Positions 23,402 through 33,417 of a stretch of DNA of 64,000 nt are shown here, in pieces. A program made the translations under genes and the position numbers. The stretch lies in sequence record OR525698.1. One strand, 5' to 3'. Numbering within the stretch: the first letter of the stretch is position 1; the number at the start of each line of letters is the position of its first letter. The DNA is from Escherichia phage vB-Eco-KMB43. The notes under the pieces were generated by a model. The model saw only the letters and a program-made list of their open reading frames with translations. It searched no databases and was not told the DNA's origin.

Positions 23402-25402
23402 ATGACTCTATTATCACCGGGTTTCGAAACGAAAGAAACTACTCTCTCCACTACCATTGTGCAATCTGCGACTGGTCGCGCGGCGCTGGTAGGTAAATTT
23501 CAATGGGGTCCAGCTTTCCAGATTGTTCAAGTAACTAATGAAGTTGAATTAGTTAATAAATTTGGTCAGCCGGATAATAACACCGCAGACTATTTCATGA
23601 GCGGGGCTAACTTCCTCCAGTATGGCAATGACCTGCGTGTTGTTCGTGTACTCAATAAAGAAAAAGCAAAAAACGCAACCGCACTGGCTGGTAACGTCGA
23701 GTTTGAAATCACAAACGAAGGTTCAAACTATGAAGTAGGCGATACCATCAAGATTAAACATAACCGTCAAGATATTGAAACGGCAGGTAAAGTAACTAAA
23801 GTTGATGGTGATGGTAAAGTTAAGGGAGTATTTATCCCAACTGGTAAAATTATCGCTCACGCTAAAGCAATTGGTGTTTATCCAGAACTTGATGGCGATT
23901 GGACGGCAGAGTTCACTTCTTCGTCAGGTAACGGCAGTGCGGCGCTGTCAGTAACTAAAATTGTTACTGATTCCGGTCTTCTGTTAACGGATCTGGAAAC
24001 TTCCCGCGCCAATATCACAAATCAAACTTTCTTGACTAAACTCCAGAAGTATGATATGCCAGCGGTAAGCGCGATCTATGCTGGTGAGATTGGCAACTCG
24101 CTGGAAGTGGAAATTCTGGCGCGTAGTGCGTTTAAGAACACTGCACCGGATCTGACCATATATCCTTATGGTGGCGAGCGCACCGCAGCACGCAACCTGA
24201 TTCCATATGCACCGCAGAATGATAATCAATATGCGTTTATTGTTCGTCGTGATGGTGTTGTGGTAGAATCCTATGTACTGTCTACTCTGAAAGGGGATAA
24301 AGACGTATACGGCAATTCTATCTATATGGACGACTTCTTTGCTCGTGGTTCTAGCCAGTACATCTATGCAACCGCTCAGGGCTGGGTAGATGGTTTCAGT
24401 GGCATTATCTCTCTTGCTGGTGGCGTTTCTGCTAACGAATCCGCAACTGCTGGTGTTGGTGCTGATCCGTTCATCGGTGCGATGATGCAAGGATGGGATC
24501 TGTTTGCTGAACGTGAATCTATTCACGTAAACCTGTTGATTGCTGGTGCATGTGCTGGCGAAGGCGATGCGTTCTCTACCGTACAGAAACATGCTGTTTC
24601 CATCGGTGACGAGCGTCAGGATTGCTTAGTAATGGTTTCTCCGCCGCGTAGCACTGTTGTTAATATTCCGGTGACTACCGCAATTGATAACCTGATTGCA
24701 TGGCGCGAAGGTTCAGGAAACTATAATGAAAACAACATGAACATTAATACCACTTACGCGGTTATTGATGGTAACTACAAATATCAGTATGACAAATACA
24801 ACGACGTAAACCGTTGGGTTCCGTTGGCTGCTGATATTGCTGGTTTATGTGCTCGAACTGATGTGGTATCTCAACCGTGGATGAGTCCGGCAGGTTATAA
24901 CCGTGGTCAGGTCATGAACGTGGTTAAACTGGCAATTGAGCCTCGCAAGGCGCACCGCGATCGTCTGTATCAGGCCGCAATTAACCCGGTAATCGGTGCT
25001 GGTGGTGAAGGGTTTATCCTGATGGGTGATAAAACCGCTACGACTGTTCCTAGCCCGTTTGACCGCATTAACGTTCGTCGTCTGTTTAACATGCTGAAAA
25101 AGAATATCGGCGATTCAAGCAAATACAAACTGTTTGAAAACAACGATAACTTTACTCGCGCTTCCTTCCGTATGGAGGTTTCGCAATATCTCAGCACGAT
25201 TCGCTCTCTTGGTGGCATTTATGACTTCCGAGTACAATGCGACACCACGAACAACACGCCTGATGTAATTGATCGTAATGAATTTGTTGCTAGCATGTTC
25301 ATCAAACCGGCAAAATCGATCAACTATATCATGCTCAATTTCACTGCTGTTGCAACTGGTGCTGATTTTGACGAAATTATCGGTCCAGCTAACCAGGCAT
25401 AA
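23402..25402 (+). CDS. gp18: tail sheath protein gp18
   Basis: 666 aa; position and size (T4 gp18 659 aa). Confidence 0.85.
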   Translation: MTLLSPGFETKETTLSTTIVQSATGRAALVGKFQWGPAFQIVQVTNEVELVNKFGQPDNNTADYFMSGANFLQYGNDLRVVRVLNKEKAKNATALAGNVEFEITNEGSNYEVGDTIKIKHNRQDIETAGKVTKVDGDGKVKGVFIPTGKIIAHAKAIGVYPELDGDWTAEFTSSSGNGSAALSVTKIVTDSGLLLTDLETSRANITNQTFLTKLQKYDMPAVSAIYAGEIGNSLEVEILARSAFKNTAPDLTIYPYGGERTAARNLIPYAPQNDNQYAFIVRRDGVVVESYVLSTLKGDKDVYGNSIYMDDFFARGSSQYIYATAQGWVDGFSGIISLAGGVSANESATAGVGADPFIGAMMQGWDLFAERESIHVNLLIAGACAGEGDAFSTVQKHAVSIGDERQDCLVMVSPPRSTVVNIPVTTAIDNLIAWREGSGNYNENNMNINTTYAVIDGNYKYQYDKYNDVNRWVPLAADIAGLCARTDVVSQPWMSPAGYNRGQVMNVVKLAIEPRKAHRDRLYQAAINPVIGAGGEGFILMGDKTATTVPSPFDRINVRRLFNMLKKNIGDSSKYKLFENNDNFTRASFRMEVSQYLSTIRSLGGIYDFRVQCDTTNNTPDVIDRNEFVASMFIKPAKSINYIMLNFTAVATGADFDEIIGPANQA

Positions 25403-25436
25403 TCAGTAAATTAGCATAGATTAAAAGTTAAATCAA

Positions 25437-25455
25437 GCGGGGAGAAAATCCCCGC
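25437..25455 (+). terminator. hairpin/attenuator after gene 18
   Basis: GCGGGGAGAAAATCCCCGC palindrome. Confidence 0.45.
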
Positions 25456-25475
25456 TCTATTAAGGAATATCAATT

Positions 25476-25970
25476 ATGGCACTCGATTTGAATGATATTA
25501 CACGCGGTTTCGAGTCTGGCGATTTTGCTCGTCCTAACCTGTTTGAAGTTGAGATCCCGTATCTGGGGCAAAACTTTAAGCTGATGTGTAAGGCTGCGAC
25601 CGTCCCGGCTGCGACCGTAGAAAAAATTGCTATAGGTTATCAAAACCGTAAAATTAACATCGCTGGCGACCGTGTATACGACGACTGGACCATCACTGTA
25701 TTCAACGATGACGCACACAAGATCCGTGATGCTATCGTTGCATGGAGCGATCAGACACACGGCACTGGTTCGGCGATCACTGGCGCAACTCCTGCACAGT
25801 ATAAGAAACAAGCTATTGTTCGTCAACTTAACCGTAACACCGAATCAACTAGCGAAAAAACATTGTACGGTATTTTCCCGACCAACGTAGGTGAAGTAAC
25901 CCTCGATTGGGAACAAAACAACGAAGTTGAAACGTTTGAAGTTACTTTTGCTATCGATTGGGTAGAATAA
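25476..25970 (+). CDS. gp19: tail tube protein gp19
   Basis: 164 aa; N-terminal NLFEVEIP and C-terminal TFEVTFAIDW tube motifs; synteny. Confidence 0.85.
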   Translation: MALDLNDITRGFESGDFARPNLFEVEIPYLGQNFKLMCKAATVPAATVEKIAIGYQNRKINIAGDRVYDDWTITVFNDDAHKIRDAIVAWSDQTHGTGSAITGATPAQYKKQAIVRQLNRNTESTSEKTLYGIFPTNVGEVTLDWEQNNEVETFEVTFAIDWVE

Positions 25971-25982
25971 ATATATTATCAT

Positions 25983-26001
25983 GCGGGGAGAAGTTCCCCG
26001 C
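25983..26001 (+). terminator. hairpin after gene 19
   Basis: GCGGGGAGAAGTTCCCCGC palindrome, near-copy of the one at 25437. Confidence 0.45.
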
Positions 26002-26028
26002 CTAATTTCTCCCAATTCGAGGTGAATA

Positions 26029-27594
26029 ATGTTTAGTAGATTAAAAATGCTTGCGCGTTGGGCTGATTTTGACAACGACAAATACGAAGAACAAATTAAA
26101 GATAAAGCAGAGTCTATCGCCGCACCTAAAAACAATGATGGTGCTACGGAAGTAGAAATTAATGATAATTTACCTGCTAGCGCGTGGAACTCTCTTACCC
26201 AGCAATTTTACAGCACCGACCAGAAAATCAGCACAACTAAGCAATTAGTTAACACATATCGCGGTTTGATGAATAACCATGAAGTCGAAAACGCTGTACA
26301 AAATATCGTTAACGATGCGATTGTATTTGAAGAAGGTCATGAAGTTGTTTCATTAAATCTTGAGGCGACTGGTTTTAGTGAATCTGTAAAAGAGCGCATT
26401 CATGAAGAATTTAAAGATCTTTTAAACACTATCCAGTTTGATAAGCGTGGTCAGGATATGTTCCGTCGCTGGTATGTCGATTCGCGTATTTTCTTCCATA
26501 AGATCATCGGTAAAAATCCAAAAGATGGTATCGTAGAATTACGCCAGCTTGATCCACGAAATCTTGAATATGTTCGCGAGATCATTACAGAAGACACCCC
26601 GGAAGGTAAAATTTATAAAGCAACGAAAGAATATTTCATTTACACCGTAGGCAATAGTTCTTATTGCGCGGGCGGTCAAGTATTCTCTCCTAATAGTCGC
26701 GTTAAAATCCCGCGTAGTGCTATTACATACGCTCACAGCGGCTTGATGGATTGCGATGATAAATATATCATTGGTTATTTGCATCGGGCTGTTAAGCCAG
26801 CAAACCAGCTTAAATTGTTGGAAGACGCAATGGTCGTTTATCGTATCACGCGTGCACCGGAACGCCGAGTGTTCTTTATTGATACCGGAAACATGAACAA
26901 CCGCAAGGCTGCACAGCACATGAACTCAGTGGCACAGTCTTTTAAAAACCGCGTTGTTTATGATGCATCGACTGGTAAACTTAAAAACCAGCAAGCAAAC
27001 CTATCAATGACAGAGGACTACTGGTTACAGCGTAGAGATGGTAAAGCAATCACCGATGTTACTACTTTACCCGGTGCATCCGGTATGAGTGATATCGATG
27101 ATATTCGCTACTTTAACCGTAAATTGTATGAAGCGTTGCGTGTGCCATTGTCACGTAGCAATCTCTCCGATGCTAATATGGTGATCGGTGGTGACGGTTC
27201 AGAAATTACTCGCGATGAGTTGGAATTTTCGAAATTCATTAGAACTCTGCAATCACAGTTTTCGGAAGTATTGCGCGATCCGCTTAAATATAATCTGATT
27301 CTCAAAAATGTAATTACGGAAGACGATTGGGATCGTGAAATAAATAATATCAAGGTGGTTTTCCATCGGGACTCTTACTATACAGAAGTTAAAGACGCGG
27401 AAATTTTAGAACGTCGAATCGGTCTAATCGAACGTATTACACCTTACATTGGTAAATATTTCTCTAACCAGACAGTGATGCGTGACATTCTGAAATATAC
27501 CGATGACCAGATGGACACCGAGAAGAAACAGATCGAAGAAGAAGCGAACGATCCGCGCTTTAAACAAACTCCCGATGAAATAGAGGATTTTTAA
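26029..27594 (+). CDS. gp20: portal vertex protein gp20
   Basis: 521 aa; size and position match T4 gp20 (524 aa). Confidence 0.85.
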   Translation: MFSRLKMLARWADFDNDKYEEQIKDKAESIAAPKNNDGATEVEINDNLPASAWNSLTQQFYSTDQKISTTKQLVNTYRGLMNNHEVENAVQNIVNDAIVFEEGHEVVSLNLEATGFSESVKERIHEEFKDLLNTIQFDKRGQDMFRRWYVDSRIFFHKIIGKNPKDGIVELRQLDPRNLEYVREIITEDTPEGKIYKATKEYFIYTVGNSSYCAGGQVFSPNSRVKIPRSAITYAHSGLMDCDDKYIIGYLHRAVKPANQLKLLEDAMVVYRITRAPERRVFFIDTGNMNNRKAAQHMNSVAQSFKNRVVYDASTGKLKNQQANLSMTEDYWLQRRDGKAITDVTTLPGASGMSDIDDIRYFNRKLYEALRVPLSRSNLSDANMVIGGDGSEITRDELEFSKFIRTLQSQFSEVLRDPLKYNLILKNVITEDDWDREINNIKVVFHRDSYYTEVKDAEILERRIGLIERITPYIGKYFSNQTVMRDILKYTDDQMDTEKKQIEEEANDPRFKQTPDEIEDF

Positions 27595-27828
27595 ATGAAA
27601 CAATTTATCGAAGCAATTAAAACTCGCGATCTAACGCTGATCGAAAAAGAATTTGATAAGATCATGGAGGCTAAAAAAGCCCAGATCATCGAATCCCAGC
27701 GTGTCGAAATCGCATCCAGTATCATGATCGAAGGTGAAGAAGAAAAAGACCGCGATGATGAAGATATGGAAGATGAGGACGACGAAGATCGCAAAGACGA
27801 TAAAAAAGACAAAGAAGACGACGAATAA
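27595..27828 (+). CDS. gp67: prohead core protein gp67 (acidic)
   Basis: 77 aa, highly acidic C-terminus (EDMEDEDDEDRKDDKKDKEDDE); position after portal. Confidence 0.55.
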   Translation: MKQFIEAIKTRDLTLIEKEFDKIMEAKKAQIIESQRVEIASSIMIEGEEEKDRDDEDMEDEDDEDRKDDKKDKEDDE

Positions 27829-27840
27829 TAGGAAGCCAAC

Positions 27841-28248
27841 ATGATTAAAGATTTTACTCCTAAAGCTGACTTAGAAACTTTTCTGCCGGAAGCACAGGAA
27901 AAATTGGACATGTTGGCTATGTTTGAGTCAGAAGAACTATTGAAAATCGTTGAAGGTATCTCCGAGGATGAGCCGGAACTGGCGGTAGCAATGCTGTCTA
28001 TCATCGACGGAATTACTGTAAATGAAGCAATGGTTAAACATGTAAACGCACGCGGGGAAGTTGCACGTAAGAAAGATCGCAAAACCCGTGAGCGTAATGC
28101 TTACATGACTACTGGCCTAAGCAAAGCTAAACGCCGTCAAATTGCCCGTCGTGCTGCAAAAACCAAACGTGCAAATCCATCTATAGAACGTCATGCGGAA
28201 CGTAAGCGCAAAAAAGCAATGCGTAAACGTAAGGCGTTAGGATTATAA
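27841..28248 (+). CDS. gp68: prohead core protein gp68
   Basis: 135 aa, basic C-terminus; synteny. Confidence 0.55.
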   Translation: MIKDFTPKADLETFLPEAQEKLDMLAMFESEELLKIVEGISEDEPELAVAMLSIIDGITVNEAMVKHVNARGEVARKKDRKTRERNAYMTTGLSKAKRRQIARRAAKTKRANPSIERHAERKRKKAMRKRKALGL

Positions 28249-28259
28249 CAGGAAACAAC

Positions 28260-28955
28260 ATGGAAAAGAACGAATTACTGATCGAACAATGGGGCGTTCC
28301 TTGTGCTCGCGGTAGTTCGTCATTGCTTGAATCATTTGATGATAAGGCTACAGGAAATCTCTATATTCAAGGGATTTTCCTGCAAGCCGAAACGGTAAAC
28401 CGCAATAAACGCTGGTATCCTCGCAGTGTTCTAGAAAATGCGGTTACTAAATACATACATGAACAAGTTGAGACACATCAAGCTCTAGGCGAACTTAATC
28501 ACCCAGCAAGAGCAATGCCAGATCCATCTAATGCTTGCATCATAATTGAAAAATTATGGTGGGAAGGTAATAACGTGATGGGTAAAGCCCGTGTTATTGA
28601 AGGGGATAAAGGCGCAGGTGATAAACTTGCTGCACTGATTCGCGCTGGCTGGATTCCTGGCGTTTCCTCCCGTGGGTTGGGTCGTTTGAAAGACTCAGGT
28701 CGCGGATACAATATTGTACAGGAAGGTTTTGTGTTGACGGTTGGTGTTGATGTTGTATGGGGTCCGAGCGCACCTGATGCGTGGGTAACTCCGGTGGTTG
28801 AGTCAACGGATAGCGATTCTAGCGCGTCAGACGCACCAGAAAGCGATAAAACCGAAAAAGTGACTAACCCTACAGCCTCGCAACAAAACATCGTAGAATC
28901 GAATAATAGCGCGTTTATGGCGCTCGCAGAAGCGTTATCTAAACGCTATAAATAA
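28260..28955 (+). CDS. gp21: prohead core scaffold/protease gp21
   Basis: 231 aa; synteny between 68 and 22. Confidence 0.7.
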   Translation: MEKNELLIEQWGVPCARGSSSLLESFDDKATGNLYIQGIFLQAETVNRNKRWYPRSVLENAVTKYIHEQVETHQALGELNHPARAMPDPSNACIIIEKLWWEGNNVMGKARVIEGDKGAGDKLAALIRAGWIPGVSSRGLGRLKDSGRGYNIVQEGFVLTVGVDVVWGPSAPDAWVTPVVESTDSDSSASDAPESDKTEKVTNPTASQQNIVESNNSAFMALAEALSKRYK

Positions 28956-28986
28956 TAACGTCGTTATCAACAAGAAGGTTATAACC

Positions 28987-29781
28987 ATGCTTAAAGAAAT
29001 GCTGCTCGAAGAAGCAAAACAGATCACCGTAGACCTTGCTCTCGATGACCTGTTTGAATCCGTCGAACTGTCGCCGGAAGTAAAAGAAAATTTTGGTACT
29101 ATCTACGCTCAGGCGGTAAAAGCTAATGCTGTTGCACTGGCAGAAAGCCACATTGAAAAAATCGCCGCTAAAGCCGATGAACTGGTAGAATCAAAGGTCG
29201 AAGAAGCACGCACCGAGATTGAAACCAAACTGTACGAAGATGCAGATAAATTCCTGAATCACTTAGGCGCTAAATGGCTGGCAGAAAATAAAGAAGCCGT
29301 TACCCGTAATATTAAAGCGGATCTGTGCGAATCCCTGATTGGTTCTCTGAAAGATGTTTTCGTTACTCACAATGTTGTAGTACCGGAAGAATCTGTAGAC
29401 GTTGTTGCTGAACTTGACGAAGCACTCAAAGAAGAAAAAGAAAAAACCTCCGAACTCTTTGATGCCAAACTGCAACTTGAAAGCGAAATTCGTGGCATGA
29501 AGCGCGAACAAGCGATCAATGAAAGCACTCGTGATCTTTCCGATACTCAGAAAGAAAAAGTAACCGCGCTGATTGAAGGTCTGGAATATAGCGAAACTTT
29601 CGATAAGAAATTAACTGCAATTGTCGAAATGGTTGCTAAGAAAGAAGACAAACCAGCGAAGATTGAAGAATCACTAAATACTGATGCCGACAAGCTGAAT
29701 GTTATTGCAGAAGCTGTCGAAGAATCAGAGAAAAAGGCAACTGTAGATTCCGGCGTATCCCGCTACCTGAATTTCATCTAA
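28987..29781 (+). CDS. gp22: prohead core scaffolding protein gp22
   Basis: 264 aa, acidic/helical composition; synteny. Confidence 0.65.
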   Translation: MLKEMLLEEAKQITVDLALDDLFESVELSPEVKENFGTIYAQAVKANAVALAESHIEKIAAKADELVESKVEEARTEIETKLYEDADKFLNHLGAKWLAENKEAVTRNIKADLCESLIGSLKDVFVTHNVVVPEESVDVVAELDEALKEEKEKTSELFDAKLQLESEIRGMKREQAINESTRDLSDTQKEKVTALIEGLEYSETFDKKLTAIVEMVAKKEDKPAKIEESLNTDADKLNVIAEAVEESEKKATVDSGVSRYLNFI

Positions 29782-29799
29782 TGTAATTCAAATCTACTT

Positions 29800-29807
29800 T
29801 ATAAATA
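29800..29807 (+). promoter_or_regulatory. late promoter TATAAATA upstream of gene 23
   Basis: exact TATAAATA about 34 nt upstream of ATG 29841. Confidence 0.55.
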
Positions 29808-29840
29808 CTTTAGGTTAACAACAAACAAGGTTTAAAGAAC

Positions 29841-31439
29841 ATGAAAACTACCAAAGAACTGATGGAAAAATGGTCCCCGCTGCTGGAGAACGAAAAACTG
29901 CCGGAAATCGCAACTGCGTCTAAGCAGAAACTGGTTGCTAAAATTCTGGAATCTCAGGAAGCGGATTTTGCTGTAGACCCGATCTATAAGGATGAAAAAG
30001 TTGTTGAAGCATTCGGTGGCTTTATCGTAGAAGCCGAAGTTGCTGGCGACCACGGTTATGACGCATCTCAGATCGCGGCTGGTCAGACTACTGGTGCAAT
30101 CACTAACGTAGGTCCGGCTGTTATCGGTATGGTTCGCCGTGCTATCCCTAACCTGATCGCATTTGATATTTGTGGTGTTCAGCCGATGAGCACTCCGACT
30201 AGCCAGATCTTTGCAATCCGTTCTGTATACGGTCCAGATCCGCTGGCAGGTGGCAATGCTCAGAATGTTCGTGAAGCATTCCATCCGATGTATGCACCTG
30301 ATGCGTTCCATAGCTCTCTTGCTGCTAAAGGTGCAACTGTAGGTTCACCAACTGGTACTGCATTCGCTAAACTAACTCTCAGTACTCCGATTGCTGCAGG
30401 TGATATTGTACACCACACCTTCGCAGAAACTGGCATTGCATATCTGCAAAACGTTACCTCAGGACAAGTAACCCCGACCAAATCTGGCAGCGAGTCAGAT
30501 GATGAAGTTGTCATGAAGCTGATTGAAGAAGGTAAACTGGCTGAAATCGCTTTCGGTATGGCGACTTCCATTGCCGAAATTCAGGAAGGATTTAACGGTT
30601 CCAGCAATAACCCGTGGGCTGAAATGTCAATGCGTATTGACAAACAGGTTGTTGAAGCGAAATCTCGCCAACTGAAAGCCCGTTACTCTATCGAAGTTGC
30701 GCAGGATCTGCGTGCTGTACACGGTATGGATGCTGACGCTGAACTGAATGCTATCCTGGCTAACGAAGTTCTGCTGGAAATCAACCGTGAAATCGTTGAC
30801 GTCATCAACTTTACCGCTCAGGTTGGTAAGACTGGTATGACTCAGACCGTTGGTTCTAAAGCTGGTGTATTTGACCTGCAAGACCCGATCGATACTCGCG
30901 GTGCTCGTTGGGCTGGTGAATCCTTCAAATCTCTGATCTACCAGATCGACAAAGAAGCTGCTGAAATCGCTCGTCAGACTGGTCGCGGTGCTGGTAACTT
31001 TGTTATCGCTTCCCGTAACGTTGTAAACATTCTGGCTTCTGCTGATCAGGGTATCAGTCTTGCTATGCAGGGTGCTGCAAAAGGTCTGAACACCGACACC
31101 ACTAAAGCTGTTTTCGCTGGTGTTCTGGCTGGTAAGTACAAAGTGTTCATCGACCAGTATGCTCGTCAAGACTACTTCACCGTAGGTTACAAAGGCGACA
31201 ACGAAATGGATGCTGGTATCTACTATGCTCCGTATGTTGCTCTGACTCCGCTGCGTGCAACTGACCCGCAGTCTTTCCACCCGGTTCTGGGCTTCAAGAC
31301 TCGCTATGGCATCGGCATTAACCCGTTTGCAGACAGCAAATCCCAGGCACCGTCCGCTCGCATCACCTCCGGTATGTTGAGCAAAGACAGCGTAGGTAAA
31401 AACGCATACTTCCGTCGTGTATGGGTTAAGGGTTGCTAA
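29841..31439 (+). CDS. gp23: major capsid protein gp23
   Basis: 532 aa; size and position match T4 gp23 (521 aa); highly biased codon usage typical of a highly expressed gene. Confidence 0.9.
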   Translation: MKTTKELMEKWSPLLENEKLPEIATASKQKLVAKILESQEADFAVDPIYKDEKVVEAFGGFIVEAEVAGDHGYDASQIAAGQTTGAITNVGPAVIGMVRRAIPNLIAFDICGVQPMSTPTSQIFAIRSVYGPDPLAGGNAQNVREAFHPMYAPDAFHSSLAAKGATVGSPTGTAFAKLTLSTPIAAGDIVHHTFAETGIAYLQNVTSGQVTPTKSGSESDDEVVMKLIEEGKLAEIAFGMATSIAEIQEGFNGSSNNPWAEMSMRIDKQVVEAKSRQLKARYSIEVAQDLRAVHGMDADAELNAILANEVLLEINREIVDVINFTAQVGKTGMTQTVGSKAGVFDLQDPIDTRGARWAGESFKSLIYQIDKEAAEIARQTGRGAGNFVIASRNVVNILASADQGISLAMQGAAKGLNTDTTKAVFAGVLAGKYKVFIDQYARQDYFTVGYKGDNEMDAGIYYAPYVALTPLRATDPQSFHPVLGFKTRYGIGINPFADSKSQAPSARITSGMLSKDSVGKNAYFRRVWVKGC

Positions 31440-31524
31440 TATAAGCCAATTCCTGAAAACTCCGGTCGGGTGCAATACCCGACTTATCATAAACCTTATG
31501 ACAGTGTAAAGTGTTAATTCCAAA

Positions 31525-31553
31525 GGGAAGACTCGAAAGGGTCTTCCCTTTTT
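31525..31553 (+). terminator. rho-independent terminator after gene 23
   Basis: GGGAAGAC..GTCTTCCC hairpin followed by TTTTT. Confidence 0.65.
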
Positions 31554-31569
31554 GCGTATTATAACCAGT

Positions 31570-31577
31570 TATAAATA
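31570..31577 (+). promoter_or_regulatory. candidate late promoter TATAAATA in the 23-24 intergenic region
   Basis: exact TATAAATA; no long ORF immediately downstream. Confidence 0.35.
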
Positions 31578-31938
31578 AGGTTGCAAGCCTATATTCTATT
31601 GGGAGCGAAAATAGATACACACAACAAAGACAGGAAGATGCAGAACATCGGTGGGTTGCTAGCCTAAATCCGGTGGCTATGATATGTGATTGATTTTGAT
31701 GCTGGATTTATTAAAACACAACAAACAATTCCACCAATTTTCGTAGTAACTGCATGGCAAAGGGACCAATGAATGAAATGAGCGTTCATGTTGATATTGG
31801 GTCGGATAGATTTGGTAGATATACAGATCTGGTGTCTGCCGACCTTGTTATGACATTCCAGTGTGACGCTAGCGGTAATTTTTGGTTTTGGTACGCTGTT
31901 CCCCGAATTAACCCAAAATTCTCCATAAGGAGGAATGC

Positions 31939-32091
31939 ATGAGTAAGAAAGAAAACAGCTATGTTATGACTCGTAAGGAATACAACGAATTGATGTTAGC
32001 ATTAGCTTATGCAATTATTCGTTCTGATCATGCAATTAATCTGGTAAACAAAGTTAACCGTAGCGTTGATAATGTTTCTAGGAAGAAGTAA
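31939..32091 (+). CDS. hypothetical small protein (50 aa)
   Basis: ATG preceded by AAGGAGG at 5-nt spacing; below the 60-aa cutoff of the ORF track. Confidence 0.4.
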   Translation: MSKKENSYVMTRKEYNELMLALAYAIIRSDHAINLVNKVNRSVDNVSRKK

Positions 32092-32130
32092 GTTTATTTT
32101 TGGAATCCTTTGGATTCCTTTTTCTTTTTG

Positions 32131-32138
32131 TATAAATA
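32131..32138 (+). promoter_or_regulatory. late promoter TATAAATA upstream of gene 24
   Basis: exact TATAAATA about 38 nt upstream of ATG 32176. Confidence 0.5.
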
Positions 32139-32175
32139 TGATATATCCATTAAGGCAAATACAGGATTCATAAAC

Positions 32176-33417
32176 ATGACTCATATTTTTACTGAACTGT
32201 TGCGGGAATCTACTTCCTCAGTAGCTAACCAGACAGCGCGACCGCAACTATTATCATTAACTCGCGCGGTAAACAACCTGATTTTCTCTGATCTGGTAGC
32301 AATCCAGCCAACGGATCAACCAGTATCTGCATTGTACGGCCTACGTTATCTTAATCATGATGGTCAGATGACTTTCCGAACTGCTGCAACCTACGGTGGT
32401 GCGGTTGGTGATCGCACAGAGATTGAAGAGTTTTCAAAAGAAAAATCTTATGACGAAGGCGCACTATTCAAATCAGGCGATGTTGTATACGAAGTTGTGA
32501 CCGCTGGTACAGTCGGTGAAGATGCCGAAACTCCAGAAGCTGCGATCTTTAAAGGCGTAATGACAAACAAAATTCGTTTCTATAGCGATTGTGCATCGGT
32601 AGAATACTTTGAAGATAAAAACACCGAAATTGCGTCTACCTCTATGCAGTTTGACAAGTGGCAAGTTAATGTAGGTTCTCGTAAACTGAAAACCTCGTTC
32701 ACCACTGAATTAATGCAGGATCTTGAGGCAAGCCAAATCAACTCTGAAAACTCTGTAATTGATCTTCTGGCTACTGTTGCTTCAGAAGAGATCAACAAAG
32801 ATATTATTCAGAAGTTGATCACTGTATCATCTCGCTATAAAATTAAAGGGATCACCCCTGATGGCGTACTTTCTCTCGTTAGCGTTCAGGATGCACCAAC
32901 ACAAGCGCGTGAACTTTACCGCTATGCTTGCGAGATGAGCAATCAAATGTTGCGGACTTCCTCCTTTGCTGGTACATACGTTTTGGCGTCTTCTCGCGTG
33001 GTTGGCCTCCTGCAATCTTCCGGTTGGATGGAAGAAACCGACAATGCTCTAAGCGAAGGTCGTCTACGTTGCGGTCTGGAAGTGTACGCAGACACGACAA
33101 CACCTTTCGATTATATGCTCGTTGGTTGTAAGCACATGATCGGTGATATGGAGAGTGTCGGTTCTCTGTTCTACTCCCCATATACAGAAGCCGACGGCGC
33201 TGGCGCGTATAAGAGCGTAATTGACCCTAATAGCTTCCAGCATCATGTAGCTATTATGAATCGTTATTCACTCTCTGTCAACCCATATACATCAAAAGTT
33301 GATCAGGAAGAACACCAGGTCATCAAGGGTGACGATTGGGGTAAAATGGCTGGACGTTCAGAAATGTCCTACATTTTAGGAATCGAACTGCCACCGCTTG
33401 AGATTGACAACGCTTAA
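32176..33417 (+). CDS. gp24: head vertex protein gp24
   Basis: in-frame ATG 32176 (MTHIFTELL) downstream of the late promoter; the ORF-track start at 32110 would place the promoter inside the gene; gp23-paralogue position. Confidence 0.8.
   Translation: MTHIFTELLRESTSSVANQTARPQLLSLTRAVNNLIFSDLVAIQPTDQPVSALYGLRYLNHDGQMTFRTAATYGGAVGDRTEIEEFSKEKSYDEGALFKSGDVVYEVVTAGTVGEDAETPEAAIFKGVMTNKIRFYSDCASVEYFEDKNTEIASTSMQFDKWQVNVGSRKLKTSFTTELMQDLEASQINSENSVIDLLATVASEEINKDIIQKLITVSSRYKIKGITPDGVLSLVSVQDAPTQARELYRYACEMSNQMLRTSSFAGTYVLASSRVVGLLQSSGWMEETDNALSEGRLRCGLEVYADTTTPFDYMLVGCKHMIGDMESVGSLFYSPYTEADGAGAYKSVIDPNSFQHHVAIMNRYSLSVNPYTSKVDQEEHQVIKGDDWGKMAGRSEMSYILGIELPPLEIDNA

Noticed and set aside
23984-24592. 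202-aa minus-strand ORF inside the tail sheath gene
   Set aside because: Antisense to gp18 with no start-site signals; the sense frame is strongly supported.
27591-28082. 163-aa Ser-rich minus-strand ORF across genes 67/68
   Set aside because: Low-complexity translation produced by the antisense strand of the acidic GAA/GAT-rich gp67 coding sequence.
30627-31523. 298-aa minus-strand ORF antisense to the major capsid gene
   Set aside because: Lies entirely within gp23 on the opposite strand, Ser/Thr/Val-rich low-complexity translation, no ribosome-binding site. Typical antisense artefact of a strongly codon-biased gene.
32110-32175. ORF-track start of gene 24 at 32110
   Set aside because: That start would put the TATAAATA late promoter (32131-32138) inside the coding region; the in-frame ATG at 32176 is downstream of the promoter and gives a normal gp24 N-terminus.
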